Shown: one piece after another, positions 19,839 to 29,200 of the stretch
Layout: each line of letters opens with the position of its first letter
How positions within the stretch are numbered: the first letter of the stretch is position 1
Origin: a virus
Virus record (IMG/VR): IMGVR_UViG_3300028786_000006
Span: 98,342 to 162,341 of that record
Length of the DNA stretch: 64,000 nt
Reading direction: 5' to 3' (one strand)
Notes under the pieces: generated by a model
What the model saw: the letters and a program-made list of their open reading frames with translations, nothing else
The model's database searches: none
Told to the model about the DNA's origin: nothing
Made by a program: the position numbers and the translations under genes

Positions 19839-20996
19839 ATGCAACCTGCGATCAATAGTACCATCTTCGACACCCTGTCCATCAACCGTGCCAAGTCCCG
19901 TTGGGACGAGCACCTGTTCGACATGGTGCCTGTGCAAGAACTGGCCAACCCGGTAACCGGTCAAACCATGAAGTTCAAGCGTGGCGACTACTTCGCCCCC
20001 CTGGGCTACGGTGGCATCAACGGCGACAAGCTACGAGTGGCTATCCACATCCTGAGCGAGCACGCCAAGCGCGGCGGTGCCAAGTTGCTGGCCCACGGTA
20101 CAGTCATGGGCTCCCCACAGTCCCCGATGGCCGCTGCAGTTGCCCGCCACTTCGACTACAAGACCATCACCGTCCTGGGCGGCACCAAGCCTGAGACCTG
20201 CATCAAGAAAGACACCATTCAGATGGCCGCCTGGTTCGGCAGCGAGTTCGCCTTCGTGGGCAACGGCTACAACAACGTCATCCAGCCTCGTGTTCAGAAG
20301 ATCCTGGCTGAGCGAGCGCCGACCGGCTTGTACCTCGAGTACGGCATCACCCTGGACCACAACAAACACCCGGCGGCCGACATCGCAGCCTTCCATGGCA
20401 TCGGTGCTGAGCAAGTACAGAACATCCCTGACGACGTCGACACCCTGGTCATCCCGTTCGGCTCGGCGAACTCCGGCACCTCCATCCTGCTGGGCCTGTG
20501 CAAGTATCCCAAGCCCAACATCAAGGAAGTGGTCCTGGTAGGCATCGGCCCCAACCGCGTACGCTTCATGCAAGAGCGCCTGGCGGTTATCGGTAAGCAT
20601 CTGGGCATCGACACCGACATGTTCGACCTGACCGAGACTGACAAGGTCGAAGTGAACAAGACGGCAGACATCGCCAACTTCTTCGACGGCGGGCCGACCA
20701 CGCGGGCCAAGTATTACCGCATGACCCACTATGACCTGCACTCCACCAAGTACGTTGAGTACAATGACCTGATGGAATACAACTGGAACGGCCTGGAGCT
20801 GCACCCTCGATACGAAGGCAAGGTGATGACCTACCTCCAGGAAAAGCATCCTGAACTGATCCGCCCAACCGCGCTGTTCTGGATCGTCGGCAGCAAGCCG
20901 CGCATCGAGCCGATGCTGGCCAGTATGGGCCACGAGATCAGCGAGGAAGCCCCGACTGCAGTCGACCTGCTGACTCCGGTACAAGCGGCGGCGTAA
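19839..20996 (+). CDS. PLP-dependent (fold type II, cysteine-desulfhydrase-like) enzyme; probable amino acid:DNA decarboxylase of the hypermodification pathway
   Basis: FKRGDYFAPLGYGGINGDKLR (PLP lysine), SPQ, PFGSANS, HPRYEGK, LFWIVGS; start chosen by CACTGAGGAG SD. Confidence 0.85.
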   Translation: MQPAINSTIFDTLSINRAKSRWDEHLFDMVPVQELANPVTGQTMKFKRGDYFAPLGYGGINGDKLRVAIHILSEHAKRGGAKLLAHGTVMGSPQSPMAAAVARHFDYKTITVLGGTKPETCIKKDTIQMAAWFGSEFAFVGNGYNNVIQPRVQKILAERAPTGLYLEYGITLDHNKHPAADIAAFHGIGAEQVQNIPDDVDTLVIPFGSANSGTSILLGLCKYPKPNIKEVVLVGIGPNRVRFMQERLAVIGKHLGIDTDMFDLTETDKVEVNKTADIANFFDGGPTTRAKYYRMTHYDLHSTKYVEYNDLMEYNWNGLELHPRYEGKVMTYLQEKHPELIRPTALFWIVGSKPRIEPMLASMGHEISEEAPTAVDLLTPVQAAA

Positions 20997-21034
20997 AGTC
21001 GTAACGGCACAGAGACGGCACTCGAGGAGGCCTG

Positions 21035-21268
21035 ATGTTCAGTAACAAGCGAATTCGCTGCCATATCCTAGACCGGACAGACCAGGTCGCTATGGGTAAG
21101 GAGCACCTGGCGTATATGGTGAAGCGTACCCCTGGCTTGGAGAAGGCCATCACGGATGCTCAGAAAGCTCTAGACGACCACCGTGCGGCCATTGCCGATC
21201 AGGAAAAGTTCATCAAGGACGTCGAGGCCACTCTGGGCATCCACTGGCTGGAAAACCCACCATACTGA
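21035..21268 (+). CDS. Hypothetical protein
   Basis: GAGGAGG SD. Confidence 0.6.
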   Translation: MFSNKRIRCHILDRTDQVAMGKEHLAYMVKRTPGLEKAITDAQKALDDHRAAIADQEKFIKDVEATLGIHWLENPPY

Positions 21269-21276
21269 GGACACAT

Positions 21277-22002
21277 ATGAGCACGTTATTCCGTAAGGAT
21301 GCTGTACACCACCACATGTTCGACGAGCCGGACTACAGCCAGGTGGAAGCATTCATGAACCGGGCCGGGGCTCACAAGGCCCCAATCTTGTTGTACCTGA
21401 AAGGCACCAATGGTTCAGGGAAGTCGACAATTCCGACCCTGCTCCGCGACTATGATCCTGATGCTTTTTTCGCGGTGGTGAATAACCGCAAGCTGCTGAC
21501 CGTGTTCCCGTCCTTTCGCATCGTTGCCTGTGGCAAGTATGACGACAGCAACAGCAAGGGGTGCGATGCCCTGAAGGATACGGAGGAGATGATTGAGGCC
21601 CTGAAACTGGCGGCTGAACACTTCCCTGCGTACGACCTGATATTCGAGGGTATCATCCCTGCGACGATTGAAGGTCCATGGGTGCCCCGGTTACTGGAAC
21701 ATGCAGGGCCGTACCGGACACTGGTGCTGGGGTACATCAACATCCCAGTGGAAACCTGCATCGAGCGTATCAAAGGCCGCAACGCGCCGGGTAAAGAGTT
21801 CAAAGAAGACCTGGTGCGCGGCAAGTACGAAGGCATGATGAAGTCGATGGAGCGCCATCATGAGGTGTTCCCGGACATCTTGATGTACCACATCGACACC
21901 GACAAACCCAAGAACGATATGCTCTGGGACTTCTTGAACCGTTCATGGTTTGTCGGCCACCAACCAGGCGAGGCATTGAGCCTTGCGGAGCTTGCCTCGT
22001 AA
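21277..22002 (+). CDS. Second P-loop kinase, probable 5-hmdU DNA kinase
   Basis: LKGTNGSGKST, GKYD....GCDAL, LIFEG and PVETCIERIKGRN. Confidence 0.8.
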   Translation: MSTLFRKDAVHHHMFDEPDYSQVEAFMNRAGAHKAPILLYLKGTNGSGKSTIPTLLRDYDPDAFFAVVNNRKLLTVFPSFRIVACGKYDDSNSKGCDALKDTEEMIEALKLAAEHFPAYDLIFEGIIPATIEGPWVPRLLEHAGPYRTLVLGYINIPVETCIERIKGRNAPGKEFKEDLVRGKYEGMMKSMERHHEVFPDILMYHIDTDKPKNDMLWDFLNRSWFVGHQPGEALSLAELAS

Positions 22003-22026
22003 CACTGTTCGCACTACTATACACCC

Positions 22027-22091
22027 AGCTACACATCTCTGGCGTTTCCCTTTGAGCCCCGGCGTCTAACCCCGCGCCGGGGCTCCTTTTT
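22027..22091 (+). ncRNA. Candidate ~65-nt small RNA or attenuated leader
   Basis: TTGCCT(21992)-17-TACTAT(22015) promoter, followed within ~35 nt by an 11-bp hairpin GAGCCCCGGCG/CGCCGGGGCTC and a T-tract. Confidence 0.5.
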
Positions 22092-22103
22092 GATGGAGCA
22101 TGT

Positions 22104-22433
22104 ATGACCCGCCACGACCCTTTGATTATGGAAGACCAACAGAAGCACGACAACAGACGCGGTAAGATCGCTCTGTCTCTCGCAGCTGCTCTAGCCATGG
22201 TAGGCGGCCCAACATCAGGGATCCCCTTCTTTGGCCCGGCACCCCGGTCCTTCCGCCCACGCCCCCAAGCCACGCCAGAACAGATCGCGGCTGGTTTGAA
22301 GGCAAGCGCTGAAGCCAAGCTCAAGCGAGAAAAACGTCGTCTTCGTAATGTTCGCCATTCCGGAGCCTCCCCAACGCATGTCAATCCACCAATCCCTCGA
22401 CTTCAATGTGATTCAGGGCAAGTCGACCTCTGA
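22104..22433 (+). CDS. Hypothetical basic protein
   Basis: GGAG SD; AEAKLKREKRRLRN. Confidence 0.5.
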   Translation: MTRHDPLIMEDQQKHDNRRGKIALSLAAALAMVGGPTSGIPFFGPAPRSFRPRPQATPEQIAAGLKASAEAKLKREKRRLRNVRHSGASPTHVNPPIPRLQCDSGQVDL

Positions 22434-23532
22434 TACCATCTACCAGGCGTATGACGCCATCTTGACCCGAGGCGTTGATGTTCAGACCCGCAATGGGGCC
22501 GCTCGAACAATCTTCAACGCTTTGATGTTCACCGAAAACCCACGCCACCGCCACCTGGCCCTTGAAGGCCGCAGCTCCAACATCTTCCAAATGATGGCGG
22601 AAACCCTCTGGGTGCTGTCTGGTAGCGGCCGCGTCACCGGGTTCCTTGAGTACTTCTTGCCTCGCGCTTTGAACTATTCCGACGACGGCGTAAGCTGGCG
22701 CGGCGCCTACGGCCCACGTCTGCTGCGTAACAACCAGCTCGACGCAGCGGTTGAAGCCTTCGTACAGGATGGTCTGCAAACCCGCCGGGCAATCGTGTCG
22801 ATCTTCGACCCTTCCCTGGACACCCAGGACGCCCTGAAAGAAGTCTATGGTCTGGACAACACCAAGGACTTGCCGTGCAACCTTCTGCTGAACTTCTACA
22901 CCGACGCCCTGGGCCGCTTCTGTGTGAAGCTGGTTCAACGTTCTGGTGACGTGTTGTTCGGCGCCGGTAGCATCAACCCGTTTGAGTTCACGCTCATTCA
23001 AGAGCTGGTCTATCAGAAGGTTCGCCAACACTACCCAGGCCTCCAGCTCGGCCCGTTCGTTCATGACGTGACCAACCTCCACGTCTACGAGCAGTTCAAA
23101 CCCCAGGCCCAAAAGGCTTGCGGTACGCCCCAGGTCGCATTGGGCCACAACACCGATCTGGCCTGCCAGGAAGCCTGGAACGTCTGCTCATTTGAAGAGC
23201 TGGCCTATACCCTGGAAGCGTTCGTTGATGCCGCCGAGGACTTCATTCGGTCCCCGAGCCGCGATACCAGCGACGCCTTTGAACGCCAGTTCGCCCTGAC
23301 TGCTCAAAAGATCAACCACTCGATGGATAGCGCTGACAATCTTCTGATTGACTACGCCTTCATCACCATGCGTTACCTGCAGGCTAAATTGTTGCCTAGC
23401 GTCCTTGAACATAAGCGCATCGGCCTCTGCAAGCATGCGCCGGAAGACTTGATTTTGGCTATCAAACAATCCAAATTCAACCCTTTCGACCGAGTTATCA
23501 TCTATGACGGCAGCTTCGCCTCTCTGCAGTAA
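22378..23532 (+). CDS. Thymidylate synthase-fold enzyme, probable dUMP hydroxymethylase
   Basis: TRNG, AETLWVLSG, YSDDG..WRGAYGPR, TRRA, KDLPCN, QRSGD, NPFEF and NLHVYE; hmdU-phage context. Confidence 0.85.
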   Translation: MSIHQSLDFNVIQGKSTSDTIYQAYDAILTRGVDVQTRNGAARTIFNALMFTENPRHRHLALEGRSSNIFQMMAETLWVLSGSGRVTGFLEYFLPRALNYSDDGVSWRGAYGPRLLRNNQLDAAVEAFVQDGLQTRRAIVSIFDPSLDTQDALKEVYGLDNTKDLPCNLLLNFYTDALGRFCVKLVQRSGDVLFGAGSINPFEFTLIQELVYQKVRQHYPGLQLGPFVHDVTNLHVYEQFKPQAQKACGTPQVALGHNTDLACQEAWNVCSFEELAYTLEAFVDAAEDFIRSPSRDTSDAFERQFALTAQKINHSMDSADNLLIDYAFITMRYLQAKLLPSVLEHKRIGLCKHAPEDLILAIKQSKFNPFDRVIIYDGSFASLQ

Positions 23533-24145
23533 CATCGTAGCTCTCGTGGCGCGCAAGCGCTGCGGGAAGGACACCCTGGCCGATGTACTGGGCCACGAGT
23601 ACGGGGCTCACAAGCTGAGCTTCAGCGACGGGGTACGGGCCATCACCAGCGACCTGTTCCCCTGGGTCCCTTCTGAGGTTCCCGACTCCATCAAGGACAA
23701 CGTGGTAGACCACCCGGCAAACGTCCGGGGTCTGACCTACCGCGAAGTCTGGCGCACTGTAGACCACCTGCGAGCCAACGTCGACCCCCACCTGTTCATC
23801 AACTGGTTCCGTGACAACCAGCTGGATATGGCCGTCAAGAACCCAACCCTGTGCTTCGTTATTGCGCGGGTCAGTACTGCGGAAGAGTTCGCTCTCCTCA
23901 AGGCCCTGGGTATCAAGACCGTCCGCATCATCCGCAAGGACATGACGGGGGTCGACCTTGACCCGTTTGAAGACTATCTCAGCCAGGCTGAGGTTGATCA
24001 TGAATATCTGTTCGACATTAATGACGGCACCGCGCCGTTTCTTGACTTTTTTCGCGAGGAAGTGCTTTGGAAATCCAATCAAGTGTGGCAACAACGGTCA
24101 GCCCTGACGTCGTCCTTGGGTATATGCGACGGTCGGACTACCTGA
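23504..24145 (+). CDS. Deoxynucleoside monophosphate kinase (gp1-like)
   Basis: ARKRCGKDTLAD, LSFSD, TYREV. Confidence 0.8.
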   Translation: MTAASPLCSNIVALVARKRCGKDTLADVLGHEYGAHKLSFSDGVRAITSDLFPWVPSEVPDSIKDNVVDHPANVRGLTYREVWRTVDHLRANVDPHLFINWFRDNQLDMAVKNPTLCFVIARVSTAEEFALLKALGIKTVRIIRKDMTGVDLDPFEDYLSQAEVDHEYLFDINDGTAPFLDFFREEVLWKSNQVWQQRSALTSSLGICDGRTT

Positions 24146-24693
24146 ACACCCGCTACACCGGGCCGGACTGGATCGATATCGGCTGGGACAAGTTCACGGC
24201 CGCCGCCGAGACCGAATTCGTTGAGTTTCTCTCCGAAATGACCGGTGAATGGAAGTGGTACAGCAACAACCCACGCATTCAGCGGAACAAGGCGCTGTTC
24301 GAGCTGGTTGACTGGTTCCTGTTCACCGCTTCAGCGATCCACTGCGCAAACCGCTATATCGGCCTCGACGGCGTTGAGGATGCCCTGGTCAGCTACCAGG
24401 CGTTCGGTACTGACCCGTCTTGGTGGCCACCGAAGGACATCGGCGTCGGTAAGGTGATGGTTTGGAAGTCTGAACTGGTCGTACTGTCGGAATACGCCTC
24501 GATCTCGGTCAGCATCCAAAAGCTGGCTGTTACCCTCGACATCATGCTGGGTTACATCGGTGCCACCCCGGCCGACTTTGACCAGGCGTACGAGGAGAAA
24601 TATGCGATGTGCTTGAAGCGGGTTGAGGCCGGCATCATGCGCGGCGTACCGTACGACAAGACCAAAGAAGTGTACTCGGAGATCTTGGTATGA
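24067..24693 (+). CDS. Dimeric dUTPase/dTTPase-like all-alpha NTP pyrophosphatase
   Basis: E..E, WKWY, FELVDWFLF and Y..K.....KR motifs. Confidence 0.7.
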   Translation: MEIQSSVATTVSPDVVLGYMRRSDYLNTRYTGPDWIDIGWDKFTAAAETEFVEFLSEMTGEWKWYSNNPRIQRNKALFELVDWFLFTASAIHCANRYIGLDGVEDALVSYQAFGTDPSWWPPKDIGVGKVMVWKSELVVLSEYASISVSIQKLAVTLDIMLGYIGATPADFDQAYEEKYAMCLKRVEAGIMRGVPYDKTKEVYSEILV

Positions 24694-25604
24694 CCTTTAC
24701 CGTGAAAGAAGGCGTGAGCATCGCCACGCTCACTTCGAACACCACCCACCGGGCTGCTGTCAATATCAACCCGATGGACCCCCAGGGCGGCCTGGGTATG
24801 GAGTTCTTCCTGACCGGTCACCTGGCCCACCGCTTCCCGTTTGCTGAGCTCATTGAATGTGCGAAGGACGTGCGCGCTGAAATCGTAGCCGAGGGTGAAA
24901 AGCTGAAGGCTTGGGTTGCCGGCCTGACCAAGATGGGACGTAAAGACGACCCTCAACTGGTGCCTTCTGTACTGACCTCGATCCGAGAGGCAAACAGCGA
25001 AGCCTTCAAGCAGATCAACCGGCGCGTCGTCCGTATGGACAGCATGATCAAGGTGGTCACTGCCGCATGCAGCCACGGATGCCTGTTCCCACTGGACAAC
25101 CCGGCCAGCGCCCGCGACCTCCTGACTTGTCCGTGCTGTAAGGCTCAGGTTTTGTCTGGCGAGGTTGTTCGCCTGAACTCCATGACCACCGCCAAGCAAC
25201 TCAAAGAAGCCTGGGTGAACATGGTTCAGTCGCCAGCCAACGAAAGCCGGGCCATTATGGACCGGTTGAACTCTCTTACACAGATGTTCCCTGGTAACGG
25301 TTGGAGCGAATACGACGGGATCGACCCAGCACTCACCCCAGCCCTTCGGGTGGTGGTAGATGAGTCCAAGGCCCGCCTGGAAGCCCAGCTGAAGAAAGCC
25401 CGTGAGGTCAACGAGGCCTTCTACGTCGACAGCGACTCGTTCCTGGGGATGGTCTTCCTGTCCCAAACGCTCCACATGACCAACATCACCGGCGGTAATG
25501 GGTTGGACAACTTGCGGGCCATGGTCGGGGCGTACGCTGACCAATCTTCCAACCTGCGCAAGTGGGCTCGCCAACAAACGGTTGCATGCCAGTTCGGGGG
25601 TTGA
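24690..25604 (+). CDS. Hypothetical protein
   Basis: ATGA coupling; CSHGC and CPCC clusters. Confidence 0.6.
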   Translation: MTFTVKEGVSIATLTSNTTHRAAVNINPMDPQGGLGMEFFLTGHLAHRFPFAELIECAKDVRAEIVAEGEKLKAWVAGLTKMGRKDDPQLVPSVLTSIREANSEAFKQINRRVVRMDSMIKVVTAACSHGCLFPLDNPASARDLLTCPCCKAQVLSGEVVRLNSMTTAKQLKEAWVNMVQSPANESRAIMDRLNSLTQMFPGNGWSEYDGIDPALTPALRVVVDESKARLEAQLKKAREVNEAFYVDSDSFLGMVFLSQTLHMTNITGGNGLDNLRAMVGAYADQSSNLRKWARQQTVACQFGG

Positions 25605-25605
25605 T

Positions 25606-26166
25606 ATGCCCAATGAAGTCCTGTTACAGTTCCGATGCGAAACCCAGGCGGCCTTCGACGAAGTAGTCGCCAACATCAGCGAAGCGCGGGCCGGTAATCT
25701 GCGGGTCAACGTCACCTTCGAACAACAGGAAGGCGACCGCTGCGAGGTGTATGTTCCAGTGCTCGCCGAGCCGTTCCTGGCTGAACAACTTGTGACGCTC
25801 GAAAACCACGCTTTGAGTGCCGAAGGTGTTGTGCCAGAGCTTGTTCGGGCTATACTTGCCGCTCCTCCCGAAAACCCGATACTCATCGGGGAATACGTGG
25901 ATTTCCTTGAGCGCAAGATAGACCACTTGATGGTCAGGTCTCTCAATCAACACACAGAGATTCAGGACGCGCTCAACTCCACCGCTCTGTCCCTCGCCGA
26001 AATGCAAGAAGCCAACAAGCGATGCGAGGGCCTGTATGCCCACCTTGAACAACTCGGGGTCATTTGCCACTTCGATATGATCTCCAAGCTGGGCGAAGCC
26101 ATGCGCCTTCACTCCGGGGAAAACCCCCTTGAAGGCTACGAAGGCCTGAATTTCAAACTCCACTGA
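25606..26166 (+). CDS. Hypothetical protein
   Basis: Packed between neighbours; GGGGG SD. Confidence 0.55.
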   Translation: MPNEVLLQFRCETQAAFDEVVANISEARAGNLRVNVTFEQQEGDRCEVYVPVLAEPFLAEQLVTLENHALSAEGVVPELVRAILAAPPENPILIGEYVDFLERKIDHLMVRSLNQHTEIQDALNSTALSLAEMQEANKRCEGLYAHLEQLGVICHFDMISKLGEAMRLHSGENPLEGYEGLNFKLH

Positions 26167-26186
26167 TACAGCACCAGGAATCCTGA

Positions 26187-27296
26187 ATGTCTGACCTGAT
26201 GAAACGAATGCTGGCCGTCACCAAAAAGGACGGCCGCGTCACCACCCTGGATGAGTCGCAGTATGCTGACAAATCCGTCGTGGCGTCAACCGATGTACCG
26301 ATGTTGAACGTCGCCATGAGCTCCAAGGTTGACGGCGGTCTGATCCCCGGCCTCACTATGGTGGTAGGTGAAAGCCGTACCTTCAAAAGTAACTTCTGCG
26401 TCAAGGCCATGGCGGCCTACCTGCGCAAGTTCCAGGACGCGATCGCCATCTTCGCTGACTGTGAGTTCGGCGCCGCCAAGAAGCTGTTCACCAAGTACGG
26501 CATCGATCCGAAGCGCGTCATCCACATGCCTTTCGAGGACGTGGAAGAGATGAAGATCAAGCTGACCAAATCGATCAATGCGATCGAAGAAGGCGACCAC
26601 GTCTTCATTATGGTCGACTCGGTCAGCCAGGTGGCATCCCGCAAGGAGTCGGAAGACGCCGAGAACGAGAAAGTCACCCAGGACATGACCCGCGCCCGCG
26701 CCCTGAACAGTTTCTGGCGTATCATTACGCCGAAGCTGACCCTGCGCGGCATCCCGATGTTCGCGATCAACAGCTTCTACGAGGACATCGGCAACAAGTA
26801 CGCCGACCCGATCATCAAGGGCGGTAAGCAGGGCTTCCTGAGCTGCGACCAGGTGTGGTTCATTAGCCGTCGCCAGATCAAGGACGAAGCGAGCAAGGCC
26901 CTCCAGGGCTGGGACTTCGTGATCAACATCATGAAAGGCCGGTTTGTCAAGGAAAAGGCCAAGATCGTTATCACCGTGCTGTTCGACGGCGGTATCTCGC
27001 GCTGCTCCGGTCTGCTGGAAATCGCCCGCCTGGGTGGGTTCGTTGAGATGTACGCTGGGTCGCGCTACCGCCGCACGGCGTTGTGTGGGTTCAAGTCGGA
27101 CCCTGGCCTCTTCAAGAAAGAGATCGCCGACAACTGGGAGTGGTGGGAGCCTGTGGTTGAGAACCCGGCGTTTGCTGCGTACGTTGAGCGCTTCTATGGC
27201 ATCAACGAAAGCATGGTGATGCTGGACGAGATCGATTTCGACGAAGAAACCGGCCTGGTCAAGTCTGTCGCTGGTGTTGCTACGGCAGCTGAGTAA
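26187..27296 (+). CDS. uvsX: RecA-like recombinase UvsX
   Basis: PMLNVAMS...GGL.PGLT..VGESRTFKS, DCEFG, VDSVSQ.AS.KE, DMTRAR, KGRFVKEK. Confidence 0.95.
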   Translation: MSDLMKRMLAVTKKDGRVTTLDESQYADKSVVASTDVPMLNVAMSSKVDGGLIPGLTMVVGESRTFKSNFCVKAMAAYLRKFQDAIAIFADCEFGAAKKLFTKYGIDPKRVIHMPFEDVEEMKIKLTKSINAIEEGDHVFIMVDSVSQVASRKESEDAENEKVTQDMTRARALNSFWRIITPKLTLRGIPMFAINSFYEDIGNKYADPIIKGGKQGFLSCDQVWFISRRQIKDEASKALQGWDFVINIMKGRFVKEKAKIVITVLFDGGISRCSGLLEIARLGGFVEMYAGSRYRRTALCGFKSDPGLFKKEIADNWEWWEPVVENPAFAAYVERFYGINESMVMLDEIDFDEETGLVKSVAGVATAAE

Positions 27297-27342
27297 CACG
27301 AACCGGGGGTTGGTTGCCGGCCCCCGGCCTCTGGAGTAGCGT

Positions 27343-27663
27343 ATGTCCTCGCCTCAAGCCCTCCACAAGTTCTTCGTTGACCCAGACGAAGTTGATTGTC
27401 CGACGTTGGTTGTCACGCGTGGCCCGCTTGCCGGGCGAACGATCAAGGTGACCAACATCGACGGAGCCCAGGAAGCTGCTGGGCAACACATCGAATTAAC
27501 GTTCTACTACGATCTGCTCAGCAATGACAGCTCGGAGAGCATCCGTGAGTTCAGGAAAGGTGATACCCCGACCCTTGACGACACCCATAAGGCTGTCAAC
27601 GAGGTCATCGTGGCTTACATCCTGAGCATCACCGGGGACGACGATGGCGATCCGCCATCTTAG
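27343..27663 (+). CDS. Hypothetical protein in the gp40 position
   Basis: Synteny uvsX-40-41; GGAG SD. Confidence 0.45.
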   Translation: MSSPQALHKFFVDPDEVDCPTLVVTRGPLAGRTIKVTNIDGAQEAAGQHIELTFYYDLLSNDSSESIREFRKGDTPTLDDTHKAVNEVIVAYILSITGDDDGDPPS

Positions 27664-27694
27664 GTAGTACCCCGACCCCCTGTTGGAGAATTGA

Positions 27695-29143
27695 GTGTTT
27701 ATCGAGAAGACCTGCATTTCAAGTCTGCTGTTTGACAAAGATTACAGCCGGAAGGTTCTACCCTACCTGAAGGACGAATACTTCTCGGATGAATCCAACC
27801 GGGTGCTCTTTGGGCACATTCGTTCATTTAACGCCCGGTACAACTGCGCCCCCACGAAGGAGGCTCTCGTCCTGCTCCTGGAGGATTCAACCCTCAACGA
27901 GAAGCTATATGAGGGGTGCATTGAGACGGTCGCCGAGGTAGAGGCAAGCGCCACCCCCACGGAATTTATGGTGGATAGCACCGAGAAGTGGGTGAAAGAC
28001 CGGGCCGTGTTCTTGGCCCTGACGGAATGTGTGCAGATCGCCGAGGGTATGTCAAAGGGCATGACCAAGGAGTGTATCCCTGATATCCTCCAGCAAGCGC
28101 TCGCGGTTCACTTTGACACCTACCTCGGCCACGATTACTTCGAACATGCGTCCCAGCACTATGACGCAATGCACGAGGACGTGATCAAGTTCAAGTTTGC
28201 CCAGGACATCCTCAACAAAGCAACCCGTGGGGGTATCCCCAACAAGACTCTGAACATCGTCCAGGCCGGCATCAACGTCGGCAAGACGACCTTCATGATC
28301 GACCAAGCGGCGCATTGGGTTAGCCAGGGCAAGAACGTGATCTACTTCTCGGCCGAGGTTGCTGAGAACGTTATCCGCCACCGGGCGGACGTAAACTTCT
28401 TCGACATCTCGTTCGACGAGCTTGAAAAGCTGGACAAGCAGACGTACCTGAACCGGGTCACGTCGCTCAAGCAGAAGACGAGCGGTAAGCTGATTATCAA
28501 GGAGTATCCATCGGGTTCGGCCAGCGCGGCGAACTTCATGCACGACATCCAAGAAATCAAGATGAAGACGGGTATTGAGTTTGACATGGTTTGCGTCGAC
28601 TACCTCGGCGAGATCATTTCTAGTACCCTACCCATGTCCGCGATGAGCAACACCAACACGTACTACACACAGATTGCGCGTGAGCTACGGGCCATGGCCT
28701 TCCGCTTAGACTTGCCTGTGTGGACCGCAGCACAGTTTGGTCGGTTGGGCCAGGCCAGCAAAGACGTTGACATGACGGACATCGCCGATGCAATCGGTAT
28801 TGCCCGCGTGGCCGACTTCATGATCGCTCTGTTACAACCAGACGAGCTTGCTGAGCTGAACCAGGTGATCGGGAAGATCCTCAAGAACCGGTATGCCAAC
28901 AAGGCCAAGCTGCGTCGCTTCCTTATGGGGGTTGACAACGACCGCCAGAAGTTCTACGATGTTGACCAAGCGAACGTCAAGGAAGAGTTCAAGAAGCTGC
29001 CACCTGAAGCCCAGGCCGTACTGGAAGGACTTGAGGTCGGGTTGAAGACCCAGGCTGACGATGATGCTGAATTACCGCGCCTGACCCCTGTGGGTAACCG
29101 CTCCGGTAAGCCAGCTCGCACCTTTGAAGGGTTCAAGGTATAG
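27695..29143 (+). CDS. 41: Replicative DNA helicase (gp41-like)
   Basis: RKVLPYLKDEYF, GHDYF, AGINVGKT, KLIIKEYP, VDYL, ARELRA, LKNRY. Confidence 0.95.
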   Translation: MFIEKTCISSLLFDKDYSRKVLPYLKDEYFSDESNRVLFGHIRSFNARYNCAPTKEALVLLLEDSTLNEKLYEGCIETVAEVEASATPTEFMVDSTEKWVKDRAVFLALTECVQIAEGMSKGMTKECIPDILQQALAVHFDTYLGHDYFEHASQHYDAMHEDVIKFKFAQDILNKATRGGIPNKTLNIVQAGINVGKTTFMIDQAAHWVSQGKNVIYFSAEVAENVIRHRADVNFFDISFDELEKLDKQTYLNRVTSLKQKTSGKLIIKEYPSGSASAANFMHDIQEIKMKTGIEFDMVCVDYLGEIISSTLPMSAMSNTNTYYTQIARELRAMAFRLDLPVWTAAQFGRLGQASKDVDMTDIADAIGIARVADFMIALLQPDELAELNQVIGKILKNRYANKAKLRRFLMGVDNDRQKFYDVDQANVKEEFKKLPPEAQAVLEGLEVGLKTQADDDAELPRLTPVGNRSGKPARTFEGFKV

Positions 29144-29169
29144 TTTGAACTCTTTGAACAATCTAATGG

Positions 29170-29197
29170 TTGCCTGGTACGACGAAAGCTGTATAAT
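29170..29197 (+). promoter_or_regulatory. sigma70-type promoter for structured RNA/dsbA leader
   Basis: TTGCCT-16-TATAAT. Confidence 0.75.
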
Positions 29198-29200
29198 GGC

